From assembly GCA_965213705.1 (NCBI GenBank), contig OZ243913.1, forward strand, positions 3,648,001 through 3,712,000: a DNA stretch of 64,000 nucleotides, written 5' to 3'. Positions 39,463 to 49,424 of the stretch are shown in pieces. Position 1 is the stretch's first letter, and each line of letters begins with the position of its first letter. The position numbers were made by a program, and so were the translations under genes. The stretch comes from Trueperaceae bacterium (lineage in GTDB: Bacteria > Deinococcota > Deinococci > Deinococcales > Trueperaceae). The notes beneath the pieces are model-generated. The model did not search any database. It was not told the DNA's origin and was given only the letters and a program-made list of their open reading frames with translations.

Positions 39463-40119
39463 GTGGAACTAACCGCTAACAAACGTGAGCCGGGCGAGGC
39501 CAAGACCCTTCGGAATCAGGGGCTCGTCCCAGGCATCGTGTACAACAAAATCGTCAACATCCTCGTCAGCGTCGAGCTGCGCGCCTTTGACCGGGTGTTT
39601 CGCTCGCAAGGCACCTCTTCCATCATCGACTTGGACATCGACGGCGACTCGCGCGAGGTGTTGGTCAAGGCTGTACAGATGGACAAACGCCGCCGCACAC
39701 CTCGTCACATCGACTTTTACGAGGTCACCGCCGGACAGACGGTCGAGGTGGGGGTCCACATCAACTTGGTCGGTACCCCGGCAGGCATCAAAGAGGGCGG
39801 CATGTTGGACGTGCAGCGCCGCGAAGTCCTTATCAGCGTGTTGCCACGGCTGATTCCGCAGGGCGTCGAACTCGACGTGAGCGAAATGGTTATCGGCGAT
39901 TCGCTGCACATCAGCGACCTCATGGCTAAGCTGCCCGCCGAGGCCGAGCTGTTGGACGACCCCGAATCGACCATCGTCACGATGGTGCCGCCGCGCATCG
40001 AGGAAGAGCCCGAGCCGACCGAAGAACCCCTCGAGCCCGCCCTCGTGGGTGAAGAAGGCGAAGAGGTCGAAGGCGAAGAAGGTGCCGAGGCCGGTGCCAA
40101 GGAAGACGCCGACGAGTAA
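39463..40119 (+). CDS. rplY: 50S ribosomal protein L25/Ctc
   Basis: LRNQGLVPGIVY, HIDFY, GIKEGG, acidic tail; followed by pth. Confidence 0.93.
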   Translation: MELTANKREPGEAKTLRNQGLVPGIVYNKIVNILVSVELRAFDRVFRSQGTSSIIDLDIDGDSREVLVKAVQMDKRRRTPRHIDFYEVTAGQTVEVGVHINLVGTPAGIKEGGMLDVQRREVLISVLPRLIPQGVELDVSEMVIGDSLHISDLMAKLPAEAELLDDPESTIVTMVPPRIEEEPEPTEEPLEPALVGEEGEEVEGEEGAEAGAKEDADE

Positions 40120-40126
40120 ACCTCAA

Positions 40127-40687
40127 ATGATTGTTGGTCTGGGCAATCCCGGACCGCAGTACCAGGGAACCCGGCACAATGCCGGGTTTCTTGTCGTGGA
40201 CGAGCTGGCGCGGCGCTCGGGTCAGAGCTTTAAGAAGACGCGGCTGGCCGAGGAAGCGAGGGGCGACCTCCTGCTGGTCAAGCCGACGACGTTTATGAAC
40301 CTCTCAGGCCAAGCCGTTCAGGCGTACATGACGAAGCTAAGTCTCAAGCTCGACCAAATCCTCGTCGTCCACGACGACCTGGACTTACCGCTCGGACGCT
40401 TGCGCCTAAAGCGGGGTGGCGGGGCGGGCGGGCAACGGGGCGTCAAGGACATAACAGACCGCGTCGGTCCTGAGTTCGCGCGGCTCAAAGTCGGCATCGG
40501 CCGCCCGCCGGAACGTTGGACGGTCGAAAACTGGGTATTGAGCAAGTTTCGCGCGGAAGAAGCGGACTTGGTCGCCGAAGTCATCACGGCAGCGGCCGAC
40601 GCGGTGGAGCAGGTCGTCGCCGAAGGCTTGACGCACGCCATGAACCGGGTGAACGGGCTCGAGCTGGGCGAGTCCCAATCAAGCTGA
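40127..40687 (+). CDS. pth: Peptidyl-tRNA hydrolase
   Basis: IVGLGNPG, TRHNAGF, KPTTFMNLSG, VHDDLD, GIGRP. Confidence 0.95.
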   Translation: MIVGLGNPGPQYQGTRHNAGFLVVDELARRSGQSFKKTRLAEEARGDLLLVKPTTFMNLSGQAVQAYMTKLSLKLDQILVVHDDLDLPLGRLRLKRGGGAGGQRGVKDITDRVGPEFARLKVGIGRPPERWTVENWVLSKFRAEEADLVAEVITAAADAVEQVVAEGLTHAMNRVNGLELGESQSS

Positions 40688-41338
40688 AAGAGAATGCTTG
40701 CGCCGACGCCGTAAGAAAAGCCCGAGCAACAAGATTCCCAGGGTCACGCCGCCACTCAGCCAACTGAGGCGCAAGAGCAGCGCCCGCTGGCGAGCCTGCC
40801 TCAACTCCTGCTGGTGACTGCGGTCGTCCCACCAGGCCGTCGCCAGTTCGGTTATCATCTGTTCGTTGTCGGCGGGCAAAAGGCGCTGAAACGGCTCGTC
40901 TAAGTCGCTCTCTAACAGCTGGGCCGCCGTGTAGGCGTAAAAACGCTCGTCCGGTAGGGCAGTTTCGGGGTCGGGGGTCACCGTCAAGAACGCGCCCACC
41001 TGCAAAGTGGCGGCGTAAACAAAGCGCGGCTCTTCTTGCTCCGGGTAAAGCCAGTGGACGTAAAAAAGGGTGTAGACGTAACCCACTGCGTCCGCGCAAG
41101 ACGCTTTTTCTTCAAAGGGCACCCGGTACTGTGTCAGGGTTTTGCTAAGAGCTTTCCGCAACCGCTCGGCGACGGCGCCCCTATACAGCGTGTCGAGAAC
41201 AGGGTCGGCGCTCTCGACAGCCACCTGAACCGTGTCGGGGTCCAGGCACAGCGTAAGGTTGCCGAGGTCGTTGTAAGAAACCCCGTGCGCCGCCGCGACG
41301 GACAGGACGAACACAAAGCCCAGCCCGCAACGCCGCAA
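40679..41338 (-). CDS. Hypothetical exported protein with C-terminal TM anchor; start uncertain
   Basis: Signal-like segment, then a C-terminal hydrophobic helix followed by RRRRK. Confidence 0.55.
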   Translation of the reverse strand: MRRCGLGFVFVLSVAAAHGVSYNDLGNLTLCLDPDTVQVAVESADPVLDTLYRGAVAERLRKALSKTLTQYRVPFEEKASCADAVGYVYTLFYVHWLYPEQEEPRFVYAATLQVGAFLTVTPDPETALPDERFYAYTAAQLLESDLDEPFQRLLPADNEQMITELATAWWDDRSHQQELRQARQRALLLRLSWLSGGVTLGILLLGLFLRRRRKHSLSA

Positions 41339-41424
41339 TGCCGCCTGAAAGCGACAAGCCAGCGGAGTCGAAGACCAAACAAACACACTCAATCCCACCA
41401 AACTATGACACAATAAACCGAAAG

Positions 41425-41913
41425 ATGTACCTCTTTCCTTCACACCCGAACGGCTGTTCACAGGCTCGAGGACGCCCTCGAGCCGAGGTGGGCCTCGTTT
41501 GGTTCGTCACGGCGCTGCTCGGTGGGGCCGTCGCCCTGGCCCCGGTTTACCTGCACCTGAACGGCGCGCCCAACCTCTCGGTACACACGGCAACGCCCGA
41601 CGCTCCTCACGCCGGGATGAATCACACGGCGCACGACACCCTGGCGCACGACACCCCGGTGCACGCTACGCCGCACAAGGCCGTGCCCACGCTGCCGGAA
41701 CCGGGCGCGCCCGCTCCAAAGCACGAGCACAAGGGCCACGCGTTTTGCTTTTCCTGCGTGGTGCTGATGACGATGTCGCCGAGCCTCGTCAACCCAGTGC
41801 GCACTAGGTTGACGAGGTTTGACGAGACACGCCTGGGCGGACTCGAGCCTCACCTCAAACTCTTTTTCGACGCCGACGCACAACCCAGGGCGCCACCCTT
41901 TTTTAGGACCTAA
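41425..41913 (+). CDS. DUF2946-like His-rich leader protein with CxxC and C-terminal RAPP
   Basis: Hydrophobic N-segment, His-rich middle, HAFCFSC, ends QPRAPPFFRT; first gene of the copper operon; start uncertain. Confidence 0.7.
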   Translation: MYLFPSHPNGCSQARGRPRAEVGLVWFVTALLGGAVALAPVYLHLNGAPNLSVHTATPDAPHAGMNHTAHDTLAHDTPVHATPHKAVPTLPEPGAPAPKHEHKGHAFCFSCVVLMTMSPSLVNPVRTRLTRFDETRLGGLEPHLKLFFDADAQPRAPPFFRT

Positions 41914-41989
41914 AACCCAAACACAGACAGTTTTGACTTTCTCACCGCGCTTTTTAAGCCGCGGTCTGCTACATGCCTGAGGAGACCCC

Positions 41990-42409
41990 ATGAAACGCAT
42001 TTTTTGCTTGCTGATGTTCGCAGCCTTCACCCTCGCCTTCGCCCACGACACCAAAATCGTCGGGCCCGAAGGCGGGACGCAGTACAAAGTGACGGTCGGC
42101 ATGTTGAACGAACCCGTGTTTTCCGAGGTGCGCACCGGCCTCGACCTGATAGTCCGCAACGCCGCCGACGACAGCCCGCTCGAGAACTTAGAAAACAGTT
42201 TGCAGGCAGAAATCACCGCCCCGAGCGGCGAAACCCGGACGCTTTCTATAAGCCCACAGTTCGGCAAGCCCGGCTATTACAAAGACGACTACATCTTGAC
42301 CCAGCCCGGCACCTACACCATCCGCATTTACGGCTTTATCAGCGACTTGGAGATAGACGAGTCCTACCCGCGCGAAGTCGGCGACGTGGCCGAGTTGCGC
42401 TTTCCTTAA
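41990..42409 (+). CDS. Secreted putative metal-binding protein
   Basis: Signal peptide cleaving at AFA-H, leaving an N-terminal His; Ig-like PGTYTIRI. Confidence 0.7.
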   Translation: MKRIFCLLMFAAFTLAFAHDTKIVGPEGGTQYKVTVGMLNEPVFSEVRTGLDLIVRNAADDSPLENLENSLQAEITAPSGETRTLSISPQFGKPGYYKDDYILTQPGTYTIRIYGFISDLEIDESYPREVGDVAELRFP

Positions 42410-42416
42410 AGAAATC

Positions 42417-43040
42417 ATGAACCTGCTACGCTCTTCACTCGCCGGCCTACTCCTTTTGGGGGCAGGCGCGGCCCTCGCCCACGCCGAACTCGAGACCGCC
42501 ACGCCCGCCCAAAACAGCACGGTCACCACCCTTCCCAGCGAGATAACCTTGACCTTCAGCGAAGCAGTCGAGGTTGGGTTCAGCCTCTTTAAGGTGTACA
42601 AGTTGGACGCGACGGTGCCGGCAGCAGAAACGACTGAAGAAACGACCCCGGCCGCAACCCAGGACGAAGACCACAGTGAGACCGGCGGAGAAACTGCCGA
42701 AGGTCACGCTGAAGACGATATGGAAAACAGCGCGGAAGGCGACGCGGAAGACCGTGACCAAGACGCTGCTGCCAACGCCGACGCCACACCGCCGACCCCC
42801 GAACAGCTCCGGCTCAACGGGCTGGCCGGGACGCTCGTGGCGCAGGTGCTGGAAACCAAAGGCGACGAGGCCGCCCGCGCCGACGCCGGTGTCGCCACCG
42901 AAGCCACGAGTAAGACCGTCACCCTCAACCTCAAGCCCGACCTTGCGCCCGGCACCTACGTGGTGATGTGGCGGGCGCTGTCGGTCGACACGCACAGCGA
43001 ACAGGGTTACTACGTCTTCACCTATCAGCCGACCCCATGA
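42417..43040 (+). CDS. copC: Copper-binding protein CopC with acidic insertion
   Basis: ALA-HAEL...P....V...P..I.LTFSE and PGTYVVMWRALSVDTH. Confidence 0.85.
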   Translation: MNLLRSSLAGLLLLGAGAALAHAELETATPAQNSTVTTLPSEITLTFSEAVEVGFSLFKVYKLDATVPAAETTEETTPAATQDEDHSETGGETAEGHAEDDMENSAEGDAEDRDQDAAANADATPPTPEQLRLNGLAGTLVAQVLETKGDEAARADAGVATEATSKTVTLNLKPDLAPGTYVVMWRALSVDTHSEQGYYVFTYQPTP

Positions 43041-43435
43041 GACGGACTTTTCTCCTCGCGCTCTCACTCGTTCTTCTTGCAGGCTGCCGCCCGAACTCTA
43101 ACGAGGCGGCGGACGGGGGGTCGGCGGCTCAAAGCACCCGCACGGTCAGCGCTGAATTTGTCGATGCCCCCAAGCTCGGCGAGGTGAGCGTGCGCGTCAC
43201 CGTTTTTGAAGACGGCGAGGCCGTGAACGACGCCCAGGTGAAGGTTACCGGCGACATGACCCACGCCGGCATGGCCCCGGTCGTGGCTGAAGCCGCGCCC
43301 CAGGGCGACGGCATCTACCTCAGTCAGGGGTTTGCCTTCAACATGGTCGGAGACTGGATTCTCACCGTCGAGGCCGTTTATCCTGATGGGGGCAAAGTCA
43401 CGAAAAACCTAGCCGCCGCCGTGCCCGCCGGGTAA
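43037..43435 (+). CDS. YtkA/FixH-like lipoprotein
   Basis: Lipobox LAGC; GDMTHAGM and FNMVGDW; ATGA overlap with copC. Confidence 0.78.
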   Translation: MRRTFLLALSLVLLAGCRPNSNEAADGGSAAQSTRTVSAEFVDAPKLGEVSVRVTVFEDGEAVNDAQVKVTGDMTHAGMAPVVAEAAPQGDGIYLSQGFAFNMVGDWILTVEAVYPDGGKVTKNLAAAVPAG

Positions 43436-44290
43436 ATGGACGCCGCCGTCAAGGGCTTGCTTTACCTGGGCGTCGTCTTGCTCGTGGGCGCGGGCGTGTT
43501 CGCGCGTTTCGTCGGGCCGGAGCTTGCAAAACTAGGCGGGACGCGGCGGTTTTTGTTTCTAGGCACGCTTTTGGGTGCGGGTCTGGTCGTCGGCGGGAGC
43601 GTGCTCAACGTCGTCATCACCTTGGTTAACGTCCTCGGCGGGTTCGACCCCGACTTTTTCTGGAAGTACGTCCAGACGACGAACCACGGACGCGCGACCC
43701 TCGTGCGGCTCGTTCTCGTCGGGGTGCTGTTGGGGTTGACCTGGCTAGCGAGGCTGCCCCGAGGTCTCAGCCACGCAGCCTTTCTCGTGACAAGTTTGGG
43801 CCTGCTCCTGAGTTTCAGCTTTGTCAGCCACAACGCGGCGATGGGCGGGACGCTGCCGCTGCTGGCCGACTTGGGCCACTTTGTCGGGGCGTGCGCGTGG
43901 GCGGGGGCGGTGCTCTACACCGCCTTCGCCCCGCGCTGGCACGCGGCGACCGCGCGGGGCGAACTGACCGCGGCGGTGGCGCGCGTCTCGAGCCTCGGTT
44001 TAACAAGCGTCGCTTTGCTTGTCCTAACCGGCATCTACGCGAGCCTTCTCCACATCGGTCAGCCAAGCGTGCTCGTCGAGACGGTTTACGGCCGGGTGCT
44101 GGCGGCGAAAGTCGTTTTGGTCTTGGTTATCCTCGCGATTGCCGCGGCGAACCGTTGGTACTTTTTACCCGCTCTCAGAAACAACCTGCCGAGCCGCGGT
44201 TTCGTGCGGGCTCTCAGGCTCGAGGCCCTCCTCCTCATCCTGGTTCTCGGCGCGACCGGAATACTCACCGCGAGCCCCATGCCGCACTGA
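43436..44290 (+). CDS. copD: CopD-family copper uptake membrane protein
   Basis: About 8 TM helices; SHNA, HFVGACAWAG, YGRVLAAKV, AAANR. Confidence 0.85.
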   Translation: MDAAVKGLLYLGVVLLVGAGVFARFVGPELAKLGGTRRFLFLGTLLGAGLVVGGSVLNVVITLVNVLGGFDPDFFWKYVQTTNHGRATLVRLVLVGVLLGLTWLARLPRGLSHAAFLVTSLGLLLSFSFVSHNAAMGGTLPLLADLGHFVGACAWAGAVLYTAFAPRWHAATARGELTAAVARVSSLGLTSVALLVLTGIYASLLHIGQPSVLVETVYGRVLAAKVVLVLVILAIAAANRWYFLPALRNNLPSRGFVRALRLEALLLILVLGATGILTASPMPH

Positions 44291-44358
44291 GACGGGCGCT
44301 TCGACCTCGGGACGTTTGCAACTTTCGGAAAAACGTTTAGGCGCTAAACTGAGGTGCG

Positions 44359-45933
44359 ATGGCCGACTTCGCTAAAAGAACCAAAACGTCGGGCGCGGTG
44401 ACGCTGCCCGTTTACAAACAAATCACGCCACAACCCAAGGGCTTCGACCTGTTCCGGCTGCCGGGCCTGCGCCGTTTCGTGCGCTGGAAGTACGCTCGAG
44501 CCGTGTTTCAAATCCCGCTGCTGGTGCTGGCGCTGTTCGTCATCGTCGACGGGTTGACGGGGCGACAACTCGCGCCGCGGAACGTGGCGACGACCGCCGT
44601 GTGGCTCCACTACCGCGGCCTGGTGGTACTGGCGCTGGCCCTCGTCGGCAACGCCTTTTGCGCCGCCTGCCCGCTGATGCTGACGCGGGGGCTGACGAGG
44701 CGGCTCGAGAACCTTCTACCGCACAAACTGGTTTGGCCGAAAGCGCTCAAGAACAAGTTTTTCGTCCTCGCACTGACCTTTTTTTACCTGTTCAGCTACG
44801 AATACTTCGACCTGTGGGCGAGTCCCTGGCTCACCGCTTGGCTGGCCGTCGGTTACTTCGGGGCGGCGTTGGCGGTGGACACCCTCTTCAAGGCGGGGAC
44901 GTTCTGCCGCTACGTGTGCCCGCTGGGGAACTTCAACTTCGTCTTTTCCTCGGCCTCGCCGACGCAAATCACCGCGGTCAACCACGACGTTTGCCGCGAG
45001 TGTGAACACAAGCCGTGCTTGCAAGGCCGCTATTCCGGTGAGGTGAAACCCGAACACTTACCCCTGCAGACGAACGGTTCCAAACAGGTCGCCTTTATTC
45101 CGACCAGCGACATCACCCACGCCAACGGCGCGGGCTTTTTTCCCGGTTGCGAGACCGAGCTGTTTGTGCCGACGGTGCAGTCGAACGTGGACTGCACCAA
45201 CTGCTTCAACTGCGTGCGCGCCTGCCCCTACGACAACGTGTCGCTCACCGTGCGGCGACCGGGTTGGGAGTGGACGCGGGCACCGTGGGAACGGCGGGGC
45301 CGTTTGGCGCTCACGCTGTTCGGCGTGCTGCTCACCTTTTGGGGGCTGCTCAACGCGGTGGGGATGATTGGGCCGTACTTCAGGATTGCGCAGGGGTTGG
45401 CGACGGCGCTCAACACCGAAAACGAAGGCGTCGTCCTGGGCGTGTTGTTCGTTGCCGCATCGCTGTTCGGGCTCGGCGTGACCCTGGCGCTGACCTCGCT
45501 CGCCGACCTGCTCGGGGGCGCGGTGGTCAAACCCTGGCGCGCGCTGCAACGTTGGGGCTACGTCGTCGTCGCGCTCGGCTTCGGGTTTTGGGGTTCGCAC
45601 TACCTGTTTCACTTCCTGACGGGCTCGCTCACCATCGTGCCGGTGTTTGAACACTTTTTCGCCTTCCGGGGCTTCGACGTCGACCCGAACTGGCGGCTGG
45701 CGCAGCTCGTGCCGTCCAACTGGCTGTTTCCGGTGACGGCGGGGATAACATTGTTGTACGCGGCGTTCGCCCTTTTCGTCACCTTCAGAATCGCCCTGCG
45801 CGACTTTGGGCGGCGCGGGGTGCTGGCGATGTGGCCCATAGCGCTGTTCGTCGTGGCGTTCGCGGTATTTTCGCTGTGGGTGCTGGGGCAACCGATGGAG
45901 ATGCGCGGGACGATTTTCGGGCCGACGTTTTGA
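44359..45933 (+). CDS. Membrane polyferredoxin (4Fe-4S, NapH/FixG-like)
   Basis: FCAACP, FCRYVCPLG, CRECEHKPC, CTNCFNCVRACP; many TM helices. Confidence 0.85.
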   Translation: MADFAKRTKTSGAVTLPVYKQITPQPKGFDLFRLPGLRRFVRWKYARAVFQIPLLVLALFVIVDGLTGRQLAPRNVATTAVWLHYRGLVVLALALVGNAFCAACPLMLTRGLTRRLENLLPHKLVWPKALKNKFFVLALTFFYLFSYEYFDLWASPWLTAWLAVGYFGAALAVDTLFKAGTFCRYVCPLGNFNFVFSSASPTQITAVNHDVCRECEHKPCLQGRYSGEVKPEHLPLQTNGSKQVAFIPTSDITHANGAGFFPGCETELFVPTVQSNVDCTNCFNCVRACPYDNVSLTVRRPGWEWTRAPWERRGRLALTLFGVLLTFWGLLNAVGMIGPYFRIAQGLATALNTENEGVVLGVLFVAASLFGLGVTLALTSLADLLGGAVVKPWRALQRWGYVVVALGFGFWGSHYLFHFLTGSLTIVPVFEHFFAFRGFDVDPNWRLAQLVPSNWLFPVTAGITLLYAAFALFVTFRIALRDFGRRGVLAMWPIALFVVAFAVFSLWVLGQPMEMRGTIFGPTF

Positions 45934-45974
45934 GGAATTTGACGCCGCTCCGCCCCGCCGTTAGACTCTTACGT

Positions 45975-46649
45975 GTGTTGACCCGCTCGAGCCTGCTCCT
46001 CTTACTTTTCACCTCTTTGTTCGCCGCCGCGCAAACCCCTCTCCCCGCCTGCCGCTACGACGACCTCGCCACTTCTCACACGGACTACGCGGACTGGCAA
46101 ACGACCTTGCTCGATACCCTCTACAGGGTTCCCGACGCCTATGTGCCGCCCGACCTGGTCTCGGCGGCTCAGGCCGGTCTCGGCGGGTCTTATCAAGTGC
46201 GCGCCCTCGTCGTCGACGATTTGCGAGCCTTGGTCACGGCGGCGGCGGCGGCGGGCGTGCCCGTGGAACTTCAGTCGGCCTACCGCAGCTACGACTACCA
46301 GACGCGCACGTTTGAATACTGGGTTTCCCAGGAGGGCCGAGACGCCGCGCTGACGAGCAGCGCTCGAGCCGGCCACAGCGAACATCAGCTCGGCACCGCC
46401 GTGGACTTTCGCAGCGCCGGCGGCCCCGCGCCCTGGGACCTGGACGACTGGGCGACGACCCCGCCGGGCGCGTGGCTGGCCGAAAACGCCTGGCACTACG
46501 GCTTCGTCATGAGTTACCCCAAGGGTAAAAAGGAGACAACCTGTTATATCTACGAACCGTGGCACTACCGTTACGTCGGGCGCGATGTGGCGAAGGCTGT
46601 CGAAGAAAGCGGTCTCGCCCTGCGCGAGTGGTTGTGGGGGCGTCAGTGA
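45975..46649 (+). CDS. M15/VanY-type D,D-carboxypeptidase
   Basis: SAYRS, SEHQLGTAVD, YEPWHYRYVG; start approximate. Confidence 0.9.
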   Translation: MLTRSSLLLLLFTSLFAAAQTPLPACRYDDLATSHTDYADWQTTLLDTLYRVPDAYVPPDLVSAAQAGLGGSYQVRALVVDDLRALVTAAAAAGVPVELQSAYRSYDYQTRTFEYWVSQEGRDAALTSSARAGHSEHQLGTAVDFRSAGGPAPWDLDDWATTPPGAWLAENAWHYGFVMSYPKGKKETTCYIYEPWHYRYVGRDVAKAVEESGLALREWLWGRQ

Positions 46650-47227
46650 AAACAGGACCGAGGGCCGAGGACCGAGGACCGAGTAAGTTCAAATGGCTGG
46701 GCTTTACGCTCGTCTTTTCAAGTTTGAGCCTGAGTTCGGCGGTCTTCGCCCACGCGACGATTGTGCTGGGCACGCTGACCACCGAGCCGAGTTCGCCCGT
46801 GGTGGGCCAACCCTTCACCTTGAACTTGTCGATGACCGACCCGACCGGGTTTCCCATCGAAGACGCCGTCGTCCTGGTGGAATTCGAGCGGCCCGGTGTA
46901 GACATGGTGAGTGCAGAATTCACCGAAACGAGCCCCGAAGGCACTTATGAAACCCGGGTTACTCTGTCCGAGCCGGGCGACTACACCCTGGTGCTGCGCG
47001 ACCAGACCTTTCGGCAAGAGGAGGCGCGGGTGAGCACCACGGTCAACTTGGGCCGAGGACCTCTTTTTCTTACCGGCGAAAACAGCGTCATCTTTCCGCC
47101 GACGGCGACCGCTTCGACGACCAGCCTGTGGAGTTGGCTCGTCTGGGTCATCGCGCTGCCCGTGGTGGCGGGCATCGTCGTGACGGTGCTGGTGTTGCGG
47201 AGTCCGCCTCGAGAAGAACCCGGTTAA
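46646..47227 (+). CDS. Exported protein with N-terminal His and C-terminal TM anchor
   Basis: Signal peptide ending VFA-H; Ig-like domain; C-terminal helix. Confidence 0.65.
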   Translation: MKTGPRAEDRGPSKFKWLGFTLVFSSLSLSSAVFAHATIVLGTLTTEPSSPVVGQPFTLNLSMTDPTGFPIEDAVVLVEFERPGVDMVSAEFTETSPEGTYETRVTLSEPGDYTLVLRDQTFRQEEARVSTTVNLGRGPLFLTGENSVIFPPTATASTTSLWSWLVWVIALPVVAGIVVTVLVLRSPPREEPG

Positions 47228-48639
47228 AACTTTTCAGCCTCGAGCCGCATCACCCTCCACAACTCCGCCACGTCCTCGCATTCGGTCAGCAGCGCACCGA
47301 CGGAGACCCGCACCAGCCAGCGCCCCGCAACTTTGGCCGGGGTGAGGTAGGCCGCGCCGGAAGCGTTGATGCGCGCCACCCAAGCCTGGGTATGGGCGTC
47401 CGTCTCGTCGTCGCTCAAACCCGGCGGCTGATAGCGCACGCAAACGGTCTGCAGCGGTACGGGCGCGACACGTTCCCAATGGGGCGCGGCGTCGACCTGC
47501 CCGGCGAGCCACTGCGCGTTGTCCAAGTCGCGGCGCAAACGCGCGCGCAAACCCTCAGCCCCTTCCGAGCGGAGCAGCAACCACAGTTTGAGCGCCCGAA
47601 AACGCCGCCCCAGCGGAATGCCCCAGTCGCGGTAGTTTTTGACCGCGCCGTCGGCGGCAGTTTGTAAGTAGCTCGGGTTTGTGGACATCACGCCCCGGAG
47701 CTGTTCGGGGTCGCGGATGTAAAAGAGCGAAACGTCGAAGACCGCGCCGAGCCACTTGTGCGGGTTCAACACCAGCGAGTCGGCGTGTTCGACGCCCGCC
47801 CACAGATTGCGGCATTCGGGCAACAGCATCGCCGAACCCGCCATCGCGCCGTCGACGTGGAGCCACATGTCGTACTTCTCGGCGACGCGCGCCATCTCCC
47901 CTACCGGGTCCATCGCGGTCGTCGCGGTGGTGCCGGTCGTGGCGACGAGCGCGCAGGGTTTGCGGCCCGCGGCCAGGTCTCGTTCGACGGCCGCCTCGAG
48001 CGCCTCCACGTCCAACGCATAATCTTTGTCGGTGGCAACCGCGCGCACGTTGTCGCGCCCGAAGCCGGCCAACAGCGCGGCTTTTTCGATGGAGCTGTGG
48101 CTCTGCTCGGACACGTACACCGTGAGGGGCGCGGGCTCTGCCTGCAGGCCGCCCCGCGTGAGGCTGTAGCGTGAGGTTTTCTCCCGCGCGCAGAGCAGGG
48201 CGACGAGGCTCGAGGTCGAGGCGGTGTCCTGAATCACGCCCTCAAACGTGTCGGGCAACCCCAGCAGTTGCCGCAGCCAGTCGGTCATCACCTCTTCGAA
48301 CTCGGTCAAGGCCGGGCTCGACTGCCAACTGAGCCCGAGCTGGCCCAAGCCCGAACTGAGCAGGTCGCCCAACACCGACGACAGCTCCGCGTTGGCCGGA
48401 AAATAGCCGAAAAAGCGCGGGCTCTGCCAGTGGCTCAAACCCGGCATTACGAGCGTTTCCAAGTCGTTCACCAAACCGCTCAGGTCTTCGCCCTCTTCGG
48501 GCGGGTGCATGGGCAAAGAAGCGCGGATGTCCCCCGGCGCAACTTGCGCCATCACTGGAAACTCGGCGACGTTCGTGCGGTAGTCGGCGAGCCAGTCGAC
48601 AAGCTCGTGGCCGAGGCGGCGAAACTCTTCAGGTGTCAT
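47224..48639 (-). CDS. PLP-dependent aromatic L-amino acid decarboxylase family protein
   Basis: [40 protein letters not shown]. Confidence 0.92.
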   Translation of the reverse strand: MTPEEFRRLGHELVDWLADYRTNVAEFPVMAQVAPGDIRASLPMHPPEEGEDLSGLVNDLETLVMPGLSHWQSPRFFGYFPANAELSSVLGDLLSSGLGQLGLSWQSSPALTEFEEVMTDWLRQLLGLPDTFEGVIQDTASTSSLVALLCAREKTSRYSLTRGGLQAEPAPLTVYVSEQSHSSIEKAALLAGFGRDNVRAVATDKDYALDVEALEAAVERDLAAGRKPCALVATTGTTATTAMDPVGEMARVAEKYDMWLHVDGAMAGSAMLLPECRNLWAGVEHADSLVLNPHKWLGAVFDVSLFYIRDPEQLRGVMSTNPSYLQTAADGAVKNYRDWGIPLGRRFRALKLWLLLRSEGAEGLRARLRRDLDNAQWLAGQVDAAPHWERVAPVPLQTVCVRYQPPGLSDDETDAHTQAWVARINASGAAYLTPAKVAGRWLVRVSVGALLTECEDVAELWRVMRLEAEKF

Positions 48640-48662
48640 GCTGTATTGTAACGGGGCAGGGA

Positions 48663-48772
48663 AGTACCGAGGACCGAGTGGAAAGTACCGAGTAAAAATC
48701 CGGGTTCACCTTCTCTCGTTCCGCGGCTTTTCCACTTTCAACTCGGTACTAGATACTCGGTACTTTTCACTT
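48663..48772. repeat. Two inverted arrays of degenerate 7-bp repeats
   Basis: AGTACCG-AGGACCG-AGTGGAA-AGTACCG-AGT ... ACTTTCA-ACTCGGT-ACTAGAT-ACTCGGT-ACTTTTC-ACT. Confidence 0.6.
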
Positions 48773-48817
48773 CGACCTGAGATAAATCCCTGTCATAAAA
48801 GCCCTCGAGAGGAACCC

Positions 48818-49405
48818 GTGTTCGCCATCCGTCCCTACCACGCCAGCGACTTACCCCAGCTTTACCGCATCTGCTTACGCACCGGCGACAGCGGCGCGGA
48901 CGCGACGGGTCTTTATGACGACCCCGACTTGCTCGGCCACTTTTACGCCGCGCCCTACGCGGTGCTCGAGCCCGACCTGTGCTTCGTCCTGACGTTTGCC
49001 GGCGCACCCGTCGGCTACATCCTCGGCACCGCCGACTCTCAAAATTTTCGGCACCGAACCGAAGCCGAGTGGTTCCCGGTGCTGCGCGCGCGCTACGCTT
49101 CACCCCCGGAGAACGAGCGCGACGCTAGCCTGGTTCGCCTCGTCCACCAGGGCTACCGGCCGCCCGAGAATCTGGACGGCTACCCCGCCCACCTCCACAT
49201 CGACCTGCTGCCCGAGGCGCAGGGCCGGGGGTGGGGCGGCAAGCTGATGGAGAGGTTTCTCGACGCGCTGCGGGCTAAAGGCGTGCCCGGCGTCCACCTC
49301 GGCGTGGGCAAGCGCAACGCCAAGGCCGTCGGTTTTTACGAGCGTGTAGGGTTTGAGAAGCTGCTTGACGCCGAGAACTGGCTCGCTCTCGGTAAAAAGC
49401 TGTGA
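48818..49405 (+). CDS. GNAT acetyltransferase
   Basis: [34 protein letters not shown] upstream of GTG 48818. Confidence 0.88.
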   Translation: MFAIRPYHASDLPQLYRICLRTGDSGADATGLYDDPDLLGHFYAAPYAVLEPDLCFVLTFAGAPVGYILGTADSQNFRHRTEAEWFPVLRARYASPPENERDASLVRLVHQGYRPPENLDGYPAHLHIDLLPEAQGRGWGGKLMERFLDALRAKGVPGVHLGVGKRNAKAVGFYERVGFEKLLDAENWLALGKKL

Positions 49406-49424
49406 GGTTTGTTGACGGGCTTGT

